From an uncultured bacterium (GTDB lineage: Bacteria; Abyssobacteria; SURF-5): DNA of 64,000 bases. The position numbers were made by a program, and so were the translations under genes. Shown in pieces: positions 26,604 to 36,936 of this stretch (position 1 is its first letter; each line of letters opens with the position of its first letter). The stretch is taken from contig CAZSKP010000001.1 of the NCBI GenBank assembly GCA_964607485.1, forward strand, positions 32,001 through 96,000. The letters run 5' to 3'. The notes under the pieces are model-generated. The model was not told where the DNA came from. It saw nothing but the letters and a program-made list of their open reading frames with translations, and did no database searches.

Positions 26604-28703
26604 ATGCTTGAATCTCTACTGTACCCGCAGACGGTTGCCGTGGTCGGGGCCTCCCGTGTGCCCGGCAAGGTCGGTCACGATATTCTCGCCAACTTGATCG
26701 ACTGCGGCTTCAAGGGTCAGATCGTGCCCGTGAACCCGTTCGCCGACGAGATACGCGGCCTGGCGTGCTGCAAGGACCTGAAGACGTACGAAGGCTCCGT
26801 GGACCTCAGCGTCATCGCGGTGCCGGCGCAGGCGGTTCGAGGCGCGGTGGAAAGCTCGATACAGGCGGGTGCGAAGACTGTCTGCGTCATCACGGCGGGC
26901 TTCAAGGAGGCCTCGCCGGAGGGAGCCGAGCTCGAGGGTGAGATCGCCAGGCTCTGCTCGGCGCACGGCGCACGACTCCTCGGCCCCAACTGTCCGGGCG
27001 TGATCAACACCGACCATTTGATGAATGCGTCGATCATCCCCAACCTTCCTCGCACGGGCGGCATCTCGGTCATATCGCAATCGGGGGCGGTGTGCACCGC
27101 CATCATGGAGTGGGCGGCCCGCGGACAACTCGGCCTGGCAAAGATCGTCGGCATCGGCAACAGGGCCGACCTCACGGAGATCGAGATTCTGGACGCCCTC
27201 TCGGCGGATGAACAGACGAAGGTCATCCTCGGATATCTGGAGAGCATCAGCTCCGGAGATGAGTTCCTGAAGGTCGTCGAGACGGCCGCTTCGGTCAAAC
27301 CCGTGGTCATACTCAAGGCCGGAACAACCCAGGCGGGTATGAGGGCGGCTTCCTCGCACACGGGCAGTCTGGCCGGCTCCGACATCGCATACGGGGCCGC
27401 GTTCAACCGTGCGGGCGTCATACGAGCGGACAGTTTCGAAAAGCTCCTCGACTACGCCGCCGCGCTCGCGACACAGCCCCTGCCCGAGGGCGACCGTGTC
27501 GCGATCATCAGCAACGCGTACGGACCGGGCATCCTGGCCGCCGACGCCGTCGAGCATTCCGGCATGAAGCCGGCGGCGCTGTCGGGCGGCACATCCACCG
27601 CCGTGAGGGGGAAACTCCCCTCGAGCGTGGACAGTCCCATTGACGTCCTCGGAGACGCGGACTGCGAGCGATATCAGGCCGCGGTGAACCAGGCGCAGGA
27701 CGACGATTCGATAGATGCGGTCATCGTCATCCTGACACCCAAGGTGATGAGCAATCCGGCCGAGACGGCCCGCTGCATCGCCGGCTGCGTTCGTGGAACG
27801 AAGCCGGTGCTCGCTTGTTTTATCGGGGGCGACGCGATCATGCCGCCCCGCGACGAAATGCTCCACCTGCATCTGCCCGATTATCCCTCGCCAGAACGCG
27901 CCGTCGCAGCGTTGAAAGCTCTTCGCGAATACGCCACCTGGCGACGCCGTCCGCCGCGGGTCGTCGCGCGGTTTCCCGTTCACCGCCGTCGGGTGGAGCG
28001 GATTATCGCCCGGCACCTGAGGGCGGGGCGGCCGTATGTGAACGAGGTGAAGGCGAAGGAAATACTCCGCGCCTATGGCTTCGCGGTGCCCGAGGGACAC
28101 ATGGTCCTCAGCGCCGACGAGGCCGTCGAAGCTGCGAACAGAATCGGGTTTCCGGTCGCGGTCAAAGTGGTCTCGCCGAACATCGTCCACAAGTCCGATG
28201 TGAGCGGGATCAAGCTGGGACTCGCAGACGCGGAGAGCGTCCGCGACGCATGCGACCTGATGATTCTGAGGATTCGCCAGCGCATGCCCGACGTCGAGCT
28301 GGAGGGCGTTTACGTCGAGAAGATGTGTCCGCCCGGCCGAGAGGTGATCATCGGCATGAACCGCGACCCGCAGTTCGGGCCGATGCTGATGTTCGGGCTG
28401 GGAGGCATCTTCGTCGAAGTCATGCGGGACGTTGCGTTTCATCTTGCTCCCATTACCGCCGAGGAAGCGATGCAGATGCTTTCGGAATCCAGGTCGTACG
28501 CTCTGCTGAAAGGAACGCGCGGACAGTCTGGTGTGGACCTTGGCGCGATTGCTAACGGCTTGCAGCGCATCAGTCAGCTTGTGACCGATTTCCCGCAAAT
28601 CACCGAGCTGGACATCAGCCCGCTCATCGTGGGAGAGGTTGGCACGGAGCCCGTTGTAGCGGATGCACGGATCATTCTATCCGGGAGGGGGACCCGCCCA
28701 TGA
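26604..28703 (+). CDS. ADP-forming acetate/acyl-CoA ligase (fused alpha-beta)
   Basis: VAVVGAS CoA-binding domain, LGPNC, SQSG, SHTGSLAG with catalytic His retained, ATP-grasp (HKSDV, DPQFGP, GLGGIFVE). Confidence 0.88.
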   Translation: MLESLLYPQTVAVVGASRVPGKVGHDILANLIDCGFKGQIVPVNPFADEIRGLACCKDLKTYEGSVDLSVIAVPAQAVRGAVESSIQAGAKTVCVITAGFKEASPEGAELEGEIARLCSAHGARLLGPNCPGVINTDHLMNASIIPNLPRTGGISVISQSGAVCTAIMEWAARGQLGLAKIVGIGNRADLTEIEILDALSADEQTKVILGYLESISSGDEFLKVVETAASVKPVVILKAGTTQAGMRAASSHTGSLAGSDIAYGAAFNRAGVIRADSFEKLLDYAAALATQPLPEGDRVAIISNAYGPGILAADAVEHSGMKPAALSGGTSTAVRGKLPSSVDSPIDVLGDADCERYQAAVNQAQDDDSIDAVIVILTPKVMSNPAETARCIAGCVRGTKPVLACFIGGDAIMPPRDEMLHLHLPDYPSPERAVAALKALREYATWRRRPPRVVARFPVHRRRVERIIARHLRAGRPYVNEVKAKEILRAYGFAVPEGHMVLSADEAVEAANRIGFPVAVKVVSPNIVHKSDVSGIKLGLADAESVRDACDLMILRIRQRMPDVELEGVYVEKMCPPGREVIIGMNRDPQFGPMLMFGLGGIFVEVMRDVAFHLAPITAEEAMQMLSESRSYALLKGTRGQSGVDLGAIANGLQRISQLVTDFPQITELDISPLIVGEVGTEPVVADARIILSGRGTRP

Positions 28704-30592
28704 ACGGACAGCGAAGGACGACGTGGGACCCGGACTGGCAGGAAAAGTACCGGTCCTTGATTGCCTCGCCGGAGGAGGCCGTTGAGCATATCATGCCCGG
28801 CCAGCGCGTCTTTATCGGCACGGGATGCGCACAGCCGCAGGCGCTGGTGAAGGCCCTCACGGCCCGGTCGAACGAACTCGCCGACACGGAGATCGTGCAC
28901 CTGCTGACCATCGGCGAGGCCCCGTATGCCCAAAAGGAGCTGACGGAGCACTTTCGCGTCAACAGCTTCTTCATTGCGGAAAACGTGCGCGACATAATTC
29001 AGGAGGGCCTCGGCGATTACACGCCGATATTCCTATCGGACATCCCGAAACTGTTCAGCTCGGGCCAGCTTCCGCTCGATGCGGCTCTGATACAGGTCAC
29101 GCCGCCGGACAGGATGGGAATGTGCAGCCTGGGCATCTCGGTGGACATCGTCAAGAGCGCAGCCGAAAACGCCGCGTTCGTGGTCGCCCAGGTGAATCCG
29201 CAGATGCCGCGGACGCTGGGCGACAGCTTCCTGAGCGTCAACGACCTCGACATCCTCGTGCCCGTTGATGAGCCACTCTTTGAGGTCAAGCAGGCCGAGC
29301 CCACCGAGGTGACCCGCCGCATCGGCGAATACATAGCTGCCCTGATTGAAGACGGCTCCACGGTCGAATTCGGCATCGGACGCATCCCGCAGGCGGTGCT
29401 GGAATTCTTGACAGATAAGAAAGACCTGGGCATTCACACCGAAATGTTTTCCGACGCCATCGTTGACCTCGTCGAAACGGGCGTGATCACCGGCAAGCGA
29501 AAATCCATCGACCGCGGAAAAATCGTCGCAAGCTTCTGCATGGGGAGCCGGAAGCTGTACGACTACATAGACAGCAATCCCTTCTTCTCATTCCAGCCGA
29601 CGGAATACGTGAACGACATCTTCATCATCGGGCAGCAACAGAAGATGGTGGCCATCAACGTTGCGCTGGAGATCGACCTCACCGGACAGGTGTGTTCGGA
29701 TTCGCTGGGGACGAAGTTCTTCTCCGGCATCGGCGGCCAGGTGGACTTCAATCGGGGCGCCGCCAGGTCGCCCAGCGGAAAGGCGATTATCGCGGTGCCC
29801 TCGACGGCTCGCGACGGCTCTGTTTCCCGGATCGTCGCTCACCTGAGCTCGGGCGCCGGCGTCGTGACGACGCGGGGCGACGTGCACTACGTGGTCACCG
29901 AGTACGGCATCGCCTATCTGCACGGCAAGAGCGTGCAGGACCGCGCTCTGGCGCTCATCAGCATCGCTCATCCGAATTTTCGGGCGGACCTGCTGAAGGA
30001 AGCCATCAAGGCGAAGTACGTTCGTTCGGAGCTTGCCAACGAGTTGGCCGACGCCGATGGAAAGATTCTTCTGGGCTCCCAGGACCTCCGAACGTCTCTC
30101 CTCCTCGACGACGGAACACAGGTCAATTTCAGGCCGATTCATCCGACCGACGAGCCCCGTGTGAGAGACCTCTTCTACGCGCTTTCACAGCAGGCGACGT
30201 ACTATCGCTACATGGCCCACATGAAACGGATTCCGCAGAAGCAGATGCAGGATTTCGTGTACGTCGGCCGACGGAACGACGTCGCCTTGGTCGGCACCGT
30301 TCCGGAGGCGCACGGCGACGACATCATCGCGATCGGCCGCTACTACCTCGACCCGCGAACGAACCGCGCGGAAATCGCCCTGCTCGTTCGCGACGACTGG
30401 CAGAACCGCGGCATCGGAACGTTCCTGCTCAAGTATCTCACCACCATTGCCCGGCGGAACGGAATCGGCGGCTTCATCGCCGAAGTCCTGCGTGAGAACA
30501 AGGCCGCCCAGGCGCTGCTGCAAAAGAGCGGCTTGAAGCTGCGCAGCACCCTCATCGAGGGTATCTACAGCTTCGAGCTGGATTTCGAATAG
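28700..30592 (+). CDS. Acetyl-CoA hydrolase/CoA-transferase fused to a C-terminal GNAT acetyltransferase
   Basis: FGIGRIP, HTEMFSD (catalytic Glu), GIGGQVDF, VVTEYG; C-terminal AEIALLVRDDWQNRGIGTFLL...EVLREN. Confidence 0.9.
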   Translation: MNGQRRTTWDPDWQEKYRSLIASPEEAVEHIMPGQRVFIGTGCAQPQALVKALTARSNELADTEIVHLLTIGEAPYAQKELTEHFRVNSFFIAENVRDIIQEGLGDYTPIFLSDIPKLFSSGQLPLDAALIQVTPPDRMGMCSLGISVDIVKSAAENAAFVVAQVNPQMPRTLGDSFLSVNDLDILVPVDEPLFEVKQAEPTEVTRRIGEYIAALIEDGSTVEFGIGRIPQAVLEFLTDKKDLGIHTEMFSDAIVDLVETGVITGKRKSIDRGKIVASFCMGSRKLYDYIDSNPFFSFQPTEYVNDIFIIGQQQKMVAINVALEIDLTGQVCSDSLGTKFFSGIGGQVDFNRGAARSPSGKAIIAVPSTARDGSVSRIVAHLSSGAGVVTTRGDVHYVVTEYGIAYLHGKSVQDRALALISIAHPNFRADLLKEAIKAKYVRSELANELADADGKILLGSQDLRTSLLLDDGTQVNFRPIHPTDEPRVRDLFYALSQQATYYRYMAHMKRIPQKQMQDFVYVGRRNDVALVGTVPEAHGDDIIAIGRYYLDPRTNRAEIALLVRDDWQNRGIGTFLLKYLTTIARRNGIGGFIAEVLRENKAAQALLQKSGLKLRSTLIEGIYSFELDFE

Positions 30593-30658
30593 CGCTGCGG
30601 AGACCGCCTGCCGGCAGCTTCGTCTCCTCGCACCCCGGCGTCGTGTTCCCCGTATTCC

Positions 30659-30695
30659 TGTCAGGATTCTTTACGCCTTGTAAAGATTTCCGTCA
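30659..30695. promoter_or_regulatory. Enhancer-like (UAS) inverted repeat, copy 3
   Basis: TGTCAGGATTCTTTACG-cct-TGTAAAGATTTCCGTCA; about 87 bp upstream of a sigma54 site. Confidence 0.75.
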
Positions 30696-30780
30696 GCGAT
30701 TCCACTGTTCTTCCTCGCCGCACAAGCAAAAAACGCCGTTTCTCAGCGCGTTTTGGCCTCGCATTTCCCCATTCCGGATT

Positions 30781-30796
30781 CGGCATATCTCTTGCT
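30781..30796 (+). promoter_or_regulatory. sigma54 promoter of the kinase/receiver/DASS operon
   Basis: CGGCATATCTCTTGCT (GG-N10-GC). Confidence 0.78.
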
Positions 30797-30888
30797 CATA
30801 GTATCTTCCGTAACTGCAAAGGCGGGAGATGAAACGTCAAGGACCCCCGAACCCGTCGAGCGAGAGAGGAGAGGACGCGAAGGTTCCC

Positions 30889-32619
30889 ATGTCATCTGCT
30901 AGCGACGAACGCAACTCCACGGGACAGGAGACGGAACAGCCCATGTCGCGTTCGGCGACTGAGGAATACTACCGTCGGCTCCGCAGGCGTCTCCAGATAG
31001 GGCTCCTCGTCGCCTTCATGGTCCCGCTGGCGATTCTCTCGTTGTACTTCCACTTTCAGTTCAACCTGACGCTGAGGGAAAGCGGGAAGCTGCACCTCGC
31101 CACCCTGGCCGAGAGCCAGCGGAATACCATAGACCTTTTCCTGCAGGAGCGCGTGGTCAACATCTTCAATCTGTTTCACGGAAGCGATTTTAGGGTGCCG
31201 CCGACGGACAGCGACATGGCGCGCTACCTGCAGCACCTGCGTGAGACGAGCGATGCGTTTGTCGATGTGGGATTCCTCGACGCCTCGGGCGTGCAGATCG
31301 GCTACCGGGGTCCGTTTCCCTACCTGCAGGGCAAGGATTACAGCAATGAGCCATGGTTCCAGGCGTTGATGCAGCAGGAACGCAATTACCACATTACCGA
31401 CATCTATCTCGGGTTCCGTCAGAAACCTCACTTCACCATCGCCGTCAGGCAGACATTCGAGGGACAGCCGTGCGTGATGCGCGCAACGCTCGACCCCGAC
31501 AAGTTCTATCTCTTTCTGCGCACCATCGGGAAGGGAAAAGTGGCGGATTCGGCGCTGATCAACCGTGAGGGCAGGTATCAGATCATCGACCCGGGACGGG
31601 GCGAATTGCTCGCCCCTTCTCCGTACATGCCGTCCGCCTCGGCCGGTTCGGGCGCAGAAGAGGTGGGGACGAACGGCGACTCTGAGCTGTTCGCCTACGC
31701 ATGGCTCACGGAAGTGCCATGGGTTCTCGTGGTTCGACAGCCTCTCAAGATCGCCTATGCAGACATGTACCGCGTCCGGCGCATCATGATTGCGACCACG
31801 GGAGTGATCGTCGTGGTTCTCATTAGCGTCACGTGGCTGACCACGAACAGGCTGCTGCGTCGGGCGGAAGCGACGGACCAGGCGCGCAAAGAGCTCAAGT
31901 CGCAGCTCTTCCACGCCGCCAAGCTGGTCGCGGCGGGCGAGCTGGCCGGCGGCGTCGCCCACGAGATCAACAACCCGCTCGCAATCATCTCAACCGAGAG
32001 CGGTGTAATCAGGGACATGCTCGACCCGCAATTCGGGCTGGAATGTACGCCCGATACCATCAGGAAAGAGCTGGACTACATCGATGAAGCCGTGTTTCGC
32101 GCCCGGGACATTACACAGAAACTGTTGAACTTTGTGCGGAAGACCGAACCGCGGCTGGTCCCGTGCAACATCAACCAGGTGCTGGAGGACATCATTGGCG
32201 GCCTCAAAGAGCGTGAGTTGGAGGTTACCGGAATCAAAGTGGTTCGCGATCTCGACCCCGAGCTTCCCGACGTCATGCTCGACCCCGACCAGATGCGGCA
32301 GGTGTTCCTGAACATCGTGAACAACGCGGGCGACGCCGTTGAGGGGCCCGGCACCATCACGCTCACTACACGGTGCAATGACAGCCACATCCGGGCCACC
32401 GTCACCGATACGGGCAAGGGCATGACATCGGAACAGATGGAGAGGATATTCGACCCGTTCTTCACCACGAAAGAAGTCGGCAAAGGGACGGGCCTGGGCT
32501 TGAGCATAAGCCTGAGCATCGTACAGTCGATGCACGGTGAGATAGAGGTTCAGAGCATGCCGGGGGCGGGAAGTTCGTTTACGGTAGTGCTCCCGCGATA
32601 TCGAGCGGAGGAAAACTAA
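30889..32619 (+). CDS. Cache-domain sensor histidine kinase (NtrB/DctB-like) 1
   Basis: Two TMs around a Cache-like domain (DYSNEPWF); GELAGGVAHEINNPL, QVFLNIVNNA, DPFFTTK, GTGLGL. Start could be 30829, 30889 or 30943. Confidence 0.92.
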   Translation: MSSASDERNSTGQETEQPMSRSATEEYYRRLRRRLQIGLLVAFMVPLAILSLYFHFQFNLTLRESGKLHLATLAESQRNTIDLFLQERVVNIFNLFHGSDFRVPPTDSDMARYLQHLRETSDAFVDVGFLDASGVQIGYRGPFPYLQGKDYSNEPWFQALMQQERNYHITDIYLGFRQKPHFTIAVRQTFEGQPCVMRATLDPDKFYLFLRTIGKGKVADSALINREGRYQIIDPGRGELLAPSPYMPSASAGSGAEEVGTNGDSELFAYAWLTEVPWVLVVRQPLKIAYADMYRVRRIMIATTGVIVVVLISVTWLTTNRLLRRAEATDQARKELKSQLFHAAKLVAAGELAGGVAHEINNPLAIISTESGVIRDMLDPQFGLECTPDTIRKELDYIDEAVFRARDITQKLLNFVRKTEPRLVPCNINQVLEDIIGGLKERELEVTGIKVVRDLDPELPDVMLDPDQMRQVFLNIVNNAGDAVEGPGTITLTTRCNDSHIRATVTDTGKGMTSEQMERIFDPFFTTKEVGKGTGLGLSISLSIVQSMHGEIEVQSMPGAGSSFTVVLPRYRAEEN

Positions 32620-32620
32620 C

Positions 32621-34687
32621 ATGTCGAACAGCGTTGCAACAAACCACATAGACGGCAGGGCAAGAGTGTTGCTCGTCGATGACGAGGATAAATTCAGGCA
32701 GGCGATGAGACGGCAGCTCGAAGTCCGCGACTATAAGGTCTGGGACGTGAACAACGGCGAGGACGCCATCAAGATTGTCCGCCACAAGAATCCCGAGGTC
32801 GTCATCCTCGACCAGCGCATGCCGAAGATGGACGGCATCCAGACCCTGCGCGAGATCAAGAAGATTCGGCCCGAGATGCAGGTGATCATGCTGACCGGCT
32901 ATGGGAGCACCGAATCGGCGCGCGTGACGGGCAAGTACGACGTGTTTCATTACATGCAGAAACCGTGCGTGCTGGAAGAGCTGATCACGGTTATCGAGGC
33001 GGCCCGACAGGAACGGGTGTACGCCATGGCCCGGCACGAGATACCCGACGTCAAGCGGGGCACGCTCGGGCAGTGGCTTATCGGCGCGCACAACGCGAGG
33101 CCCGGCTTCATCATCCTGGGTTTCCTGCTGTTCGCCATCATACTCGCTGCGCCGCCGCCCAGGAAACTCGTGACGCTGCTCAGCACGGAGAAGGCCAGCG
33201 ACGCGGGCCAGAGCATTATGGGCTATGCCGAGTATCGCAAGATGAAACCCGGCCAGACGATATCCGACTATTACAGCGACAAGGAAGGCTGGACAAAGAA
33301 GGTCACGAAAGAAGACGGGACGTCCGCATCCGTTCCGCTGAGCCCGCGGCAGACTGCGTTTCGGGCGCGCGTCATGATCGGGACGCTGGTCGTCGCCGCG
33401 CTCTTTTGGGCCACGGGCGCGATGCCGGTGGGAGTGACCGCGCTCCTGGTCGGGATGTTGATGTATTTCCTCGGGGTCATGCCGCCCGACAAGGTGGCGG
33501 CCGCCTATGCGAAGGATTCGGTCGTGTTCATCTTCGGCGTGCTGGCGATTTCGGCCGCCATATCGAAAACCGGCCTCGACCGCCGCATCGGCCTGCTGCT
33601 ACTCGGCACGAGCACGTCGCTGGCCCGGCTGGCGTTCATCTTCTGCCCGCTCTTGGCGGTCTCCGCGTCGTTCCTGTCCGAGCACGCGCTGGTCGCGTTC
33701 ATCGCACCCATTTTCATTCTCGTATACAGCGGCGCCATTCGCGCGGCCAACATCACGAAGGACCGCAGCCTGGCCGTCATGATGATTCTCATGCTTTCAT
33801 TCGTGGCGAACGTGGGCGGACCGGGCTCTCCGGCCGCAGGCGGACGCAACGCGGTCATGCTCGGCATCCTCGCCGACTACGGTCTCGCGCCCACATTCGG
33901 ACGGTGGGTGATGTACGGACTGCCCTGCGTGCCGGTCATGGCGTTGGCCATCAGCTCGTACTTCTTCCTCGCGTTCCGGCGCAAAATCCAAATCAAGAAT
34001 CTTGACGTCGCCGCCGAGGTCAGGCGCGAGGCGCAGAAGATCGGCAAGATGACCCGCAACGAATATCGAACGGCCGCAGTTCTCGTGCTGCTGGTCGTGT
34101 TGTGGTCAACGGTCTCGAACCGTTTCGGCATGGGCGGACCAGTGCTCCTCTGCATCGTGCTGCTTAACATCCTCGGCATTCTTCGCTGGCGCGACATCAA
34201 CCATATTCACTGGGACGTCGTGGCGCTCTACGCGAGCGCGAGCGCGATGGGCGCCGGCCTTGCCGTCACGGGGGCCGCCCTCTGGATGGCCGACGCCTTC
34301 GTCAGCATCCTGCCCGGCTTCATGAAGAGCGGCGAGGGACTGTGCATCGCCACGAGCATATTCACCGGCGTCATCACCAATTTCATGAGCGATGGAGCCA
34401 CCGTCGCCGCCATCGGGCCGATTACCGTCCCCATGGCCGCCCTGTCTCAGACGCCGCCGCTGATGGTCGGCCTGGCCACGGCGTTCGCCTCGTCGTTCGC
34501 CTTCATGTTGATTATCGGGACTCCCAACAACGCGATCGCATACAGCATGGCCAGGGACCCGGAAACGGGCGAACAGCTCGTGACCGTCACGGACTTTCTC
34601 AAACACGGCGCGGTCGCGCTCGTGCTCTCGTTGGCCGTGCTGTGGATATGGGTGTTCTTCGGATACTGGCGATGGGTCGGCTTCTGA
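32621..34687 (+). CDS. Receiver domain fused to a DASS/SLC13-family transporter
   Basis: N-terminal REC (VDDED, LDQRMP, LTGYG, QKP); multi-TM body with KTGLDRRIG, ANVGGPGSPAAGGRN, IHWDVV, IGTPNNAI. Confidence 0.88.
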   Translation: MSNSVATNHIDGRARVLLVDDEDKFRQAMRRQLEVRDYKVWDVNNGEDAIKIVRHKNPEVVILDQRMPKMDGIQTLREIKKIRPEMQVIMLTGYGSTESARVTGKYDVFHYMQKPCVLEELITVIEAARQERVYAMARHEIPDVKRGTLGQWLIGAHNARPGFIILGFLLFAIILAAPPPRKLVTLLSTEKASDAGQSIMGYAEYRKMKPGQTISDYYSDKEGWTKKVTKEDGTSASVPLSPRQTAFRARVMIGTLVVAALFWATGAMPVGVTALLVGMLMYFLGVMPPDKVAAAYAKDSVVFIFGVLAISAAISKTGLDRRIGLLLLGTSTSLARLAFIFCPLLAVSASFLSEHALVAFIAPIFILVYSGAIRAANITKDRSLAVMMILMLSFVANVGGPGSPAAGGRNAVMLGILADYGLAPTFGRWVMYGLPCVPVMALAISSYFFLAFRRKIQIKNLDVAAEVRREAQKIGKMTRNEYRTAAVLVLLVVLWSTVSNRFGMGGPVLLCIVLLNILGILRWRDINHIHWDVVALYASASAMGAGLAVTGAALWMADAFVSILPGFMKSGEGLCIATSIFTGVITNFMSDGATVAAIGPITVPMAALSQTPPLMVGLATAFASSFAFMLIIGTPNNAIAYSMARDPETGEQLVTVTDFLKHGAVALVLSLAVLWIWVFFGYWRWVGF

Positions 34688-34709
34688 GGAAGCTGGAGGA
34701 AATCGAACA

Positions 34710-35201
34710 ATGGCTAAAGAGAAGATCAACCTGTTGATTGTGGACGACGAGGAGCGGTTCCTCGAATCCACGAAGAAGAGGCTCGAAGTCAGGGATTTCA
34801 ACGTCATTGCCGTGAACAGGGGTGACAAGGCCATCGAGGCCGCGCGCAACCACCCCGTCGACGTTGCTCTGGTGGACCTCAAGATGCCCGGCATGAACGG
34901 AGAACAGACCCTGGAGGCGCTGAAGAAGGAGCACAAGTGGCTGGAGGTCGTCATCCTCACCGGCCACGGCTCCACCGAATCCGCCGTGGAATGCACGAAG
35001 AAGGGAGCGTACTTCTACCTGCAGAAACCCTGCGAACTCGAGCGGCTCCTCTCCGTGCTGACCGACGCCTACAAACGACGAGTCATGAACAAGATGACGA
35101 TCAAGCAGGATCGCATGGAGGAGATTCTCGGCATGGCCGACTCGGGGTCGCCGCTGGGAATCCTGCGCAGGATACGGGAACTGGACGAAGAAGGGGAATG
35201 A
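34710..35201 (+). CDS. Stand-alone response regulator with short C-terminal extension
   Basis: VDDEE, VDLKMP, LTGHG, LQKP. Confidence 0.92.
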   Translation: MAKEKINLLIVDDEERFLESTKKRLEVRDFNVIAVNRGDKAIEAARNHPVDVALVDLKMPGMNGEQTLEALKKEHKWLEVVILTGHGSTESAVECTKKGAYFYLQKPCELERLLSVLTDAYKRRVMNKMTIKQDRMEEILGMADSGSPLGILRRIRELDEEGE

Positions 35202-35205
35202 CGCC

Positions 35206-36936
35206 GTGGAGGCGAGCAACTTCAAAATCACTCGGCGCATCATCCTGCGGCGAGTCCTTCTGGTGCCGTTCGTAACGATGACGCTCGTGTTCTGCACGCT
35301 GGTTTACTATTTCGCGACCGACCTCCGTTCCGCCGTCGAGGCGGAGCTGGTGCGCATCGCCGGCGCTCACCGCGACGTAATCGAACAATTTCTCCGCGAA
35401 CGGTGCCTCGACCTTCAATACGTTGGCGCCTCCTGTTCCTACGAAGAGATCGCCCGCGAGGACCGGCTTGAAGAGATTTTCGAAAACCTGCAGATGCGGT
35501 CGCCGGCGTTTTTCGACATCGGCGTCTTCGACGCGGACGGAAACCACGTCGCCTACGTCGGACCGTACGACCTTCGGGGCAAAAACTACGCGCAGGCCGA
35601 ATGGTTTCGGCAGTCCCAGACAAAGAGCCCCTACGTCTCCGACCTGTTCTACGGATACCGCAGCGTGCCCCATTTCGTCATCGCCGTACGCCGTGAGGAA
35701 GGCGGCCGCACGTGGTTCCTCCGGACGACCATCGACTGGTTCTTTTTCAATGATCTTGTCGGAAACATCCGTGTCGGAAAAACGGGCGAAGCATACCTGA
35801 TAAACCAGGAGGGTCAGTTCCAAACGCGCCGTCGCACGGGTGGCGACCTGATGGAGCCCGACCCTGACTATGCCGTTTATGAAATCGATGAGAACGATGT
35901 CTCCTACTTTACGGCGTCTGATTCGACGGGCGAGCGGCATCTGTATGCCACCGGCCGAATTCCTTCGACGGACTGGCTCCTGGTGGTTCGGCAGGAAGTC
36001 GGCGACGCCTACGCCTCGCTCATCCGCGCCGTCCTCATTGCCGTCGCCATGATCGTCGCCGGCGGAGCCGTGGCAGTCTTTATGGCTTTCATGCTCGCCT
36101 CCGGCGTCGCCAATCAGCTCACCGTGGCCGACCTGGAGAGACGCCGGATGGGCACACAGTTAATCATGGCGGGCAAGCTCGCCGAGATTGGCGAGATGAG
36201 CGCCGGAGTCGCACACGAGATGAACAACCCGCTCCAGGTAATAAAGGGGGAAGAGACGTACATCAAGGATATCTTGGACGATATGGAGACAAACGGGAGC
36301 GGAAACAATTCCGAGAATTTCCGGTTGCTTCGGGAATCTATTGACCAGATAGCGCTTCAGGTCGATAGGGGAAAGCAGATCACCGAAGGGCTGCTGGGGT
36401 TCGCGCGCAAGGCAGACACGAGGATCGAGCCAATCGAGCTGCGGTCATTGATACCCGACGTCGTCGGAATGATCGAGCGACGCGCTCAGGTGGAAAACAT
36501 CCGCATCGTTCAGGAATTCGAAGCAGACCTGCCCACGGTGCCCAGCGACCCCGTTCAGCTTCAGCAGGTATTCCTCAACCTGCTCAACAACGCGATTGAC
36601 GCGCTCAAGGAAAAGGGCGGAGGAGAGATTCGGATCACGGCGACGCAGGAGGCCGATGACCTGATGGTATCGGTTACGGACAACGGCTGCGGCATCCCGC
36701 CCGAGCACATGGAGAAGATATTCCTCCCCTTCTTCACCACGAAACCGGTGGGACAGGGCACGGGGCTGGGCTTGAGCACGTGTTACGGCATCGTGGAGCA
36801 CCTGGGTGGGCAGATCACGGTCGCGAGCGAGGTGAACGTGGGAACCGTCTTCACGATACGGCTTCCCCTGTCCGGCCCTCCCGAACAACGAGAACGCGAG
36901 CCGATGGGCCAGATGCAAGGAGGTTCGGCGAAGTGA
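35206..36936 (+). CDS. Cache-domain sensor histidine kinase 2
   Basis: GKNYAQAEWF Cache segment, AHEMNNPL, QVFLNLLNNA, PFFTTKP, GTGLGL. Confidence 0.92.
   Translation: MEASNFKITRRIILRRVLLVPFVTMTLVFCTLVYYFATDLRSAVEAELVRIAGAHRDVIEQFLRERCLDLQYVGASCSYEEIAREDRLEEIFENLQMRSPAFFDIGVFDADGNHVAYVGPYDLRGKNYAQAEWFRQSQTKSPYVSDLFYGYRSVPHFVIAVRREEGGRTWFLRTTIDWFFFNDLVGNIRVGKTGEAYLINQEGQFQTRRRTGGDLMEPDPDYAVYEIDENDVSYFTASDSTGERHLYATGRIPSTDWLLVVRQEVGDAYASLIRAVLIAVAMIVAGGAVAVFMAFMLASGVANQLTVADLERRRMGTQLIMAGKLAEIGEMSAGVAHEMNNPLQVIKGEETYIKDILDDMETNGSGNNSENFRLLRESIDQIALQVDRGKQITEGLLGFARKADTRIEPIELRSLIPDVVGMIERRAQVENIRIVQEFEADLPTVPSDPVQLQQVFLNLLNNAIDALKEKGGGEIRITATQEADDLMVSVTDNGCGIPPEHMEKIFLPFFTTKPVGQGTGLGLSTCYGIVEHLGGQITVASEVNVGTVFTIRLPLSGPPEQREREPMGQMQGGSAK

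Noticed and set aside
13333-28598. Long opposite-strand ORFs (e.g. 13333-15726+, 15976-18003+, 22902-25031-, 26616-28598-)
   Set aside because: These are typical stop-poor antisense frames in high-GC genes with no recognisable motifs.
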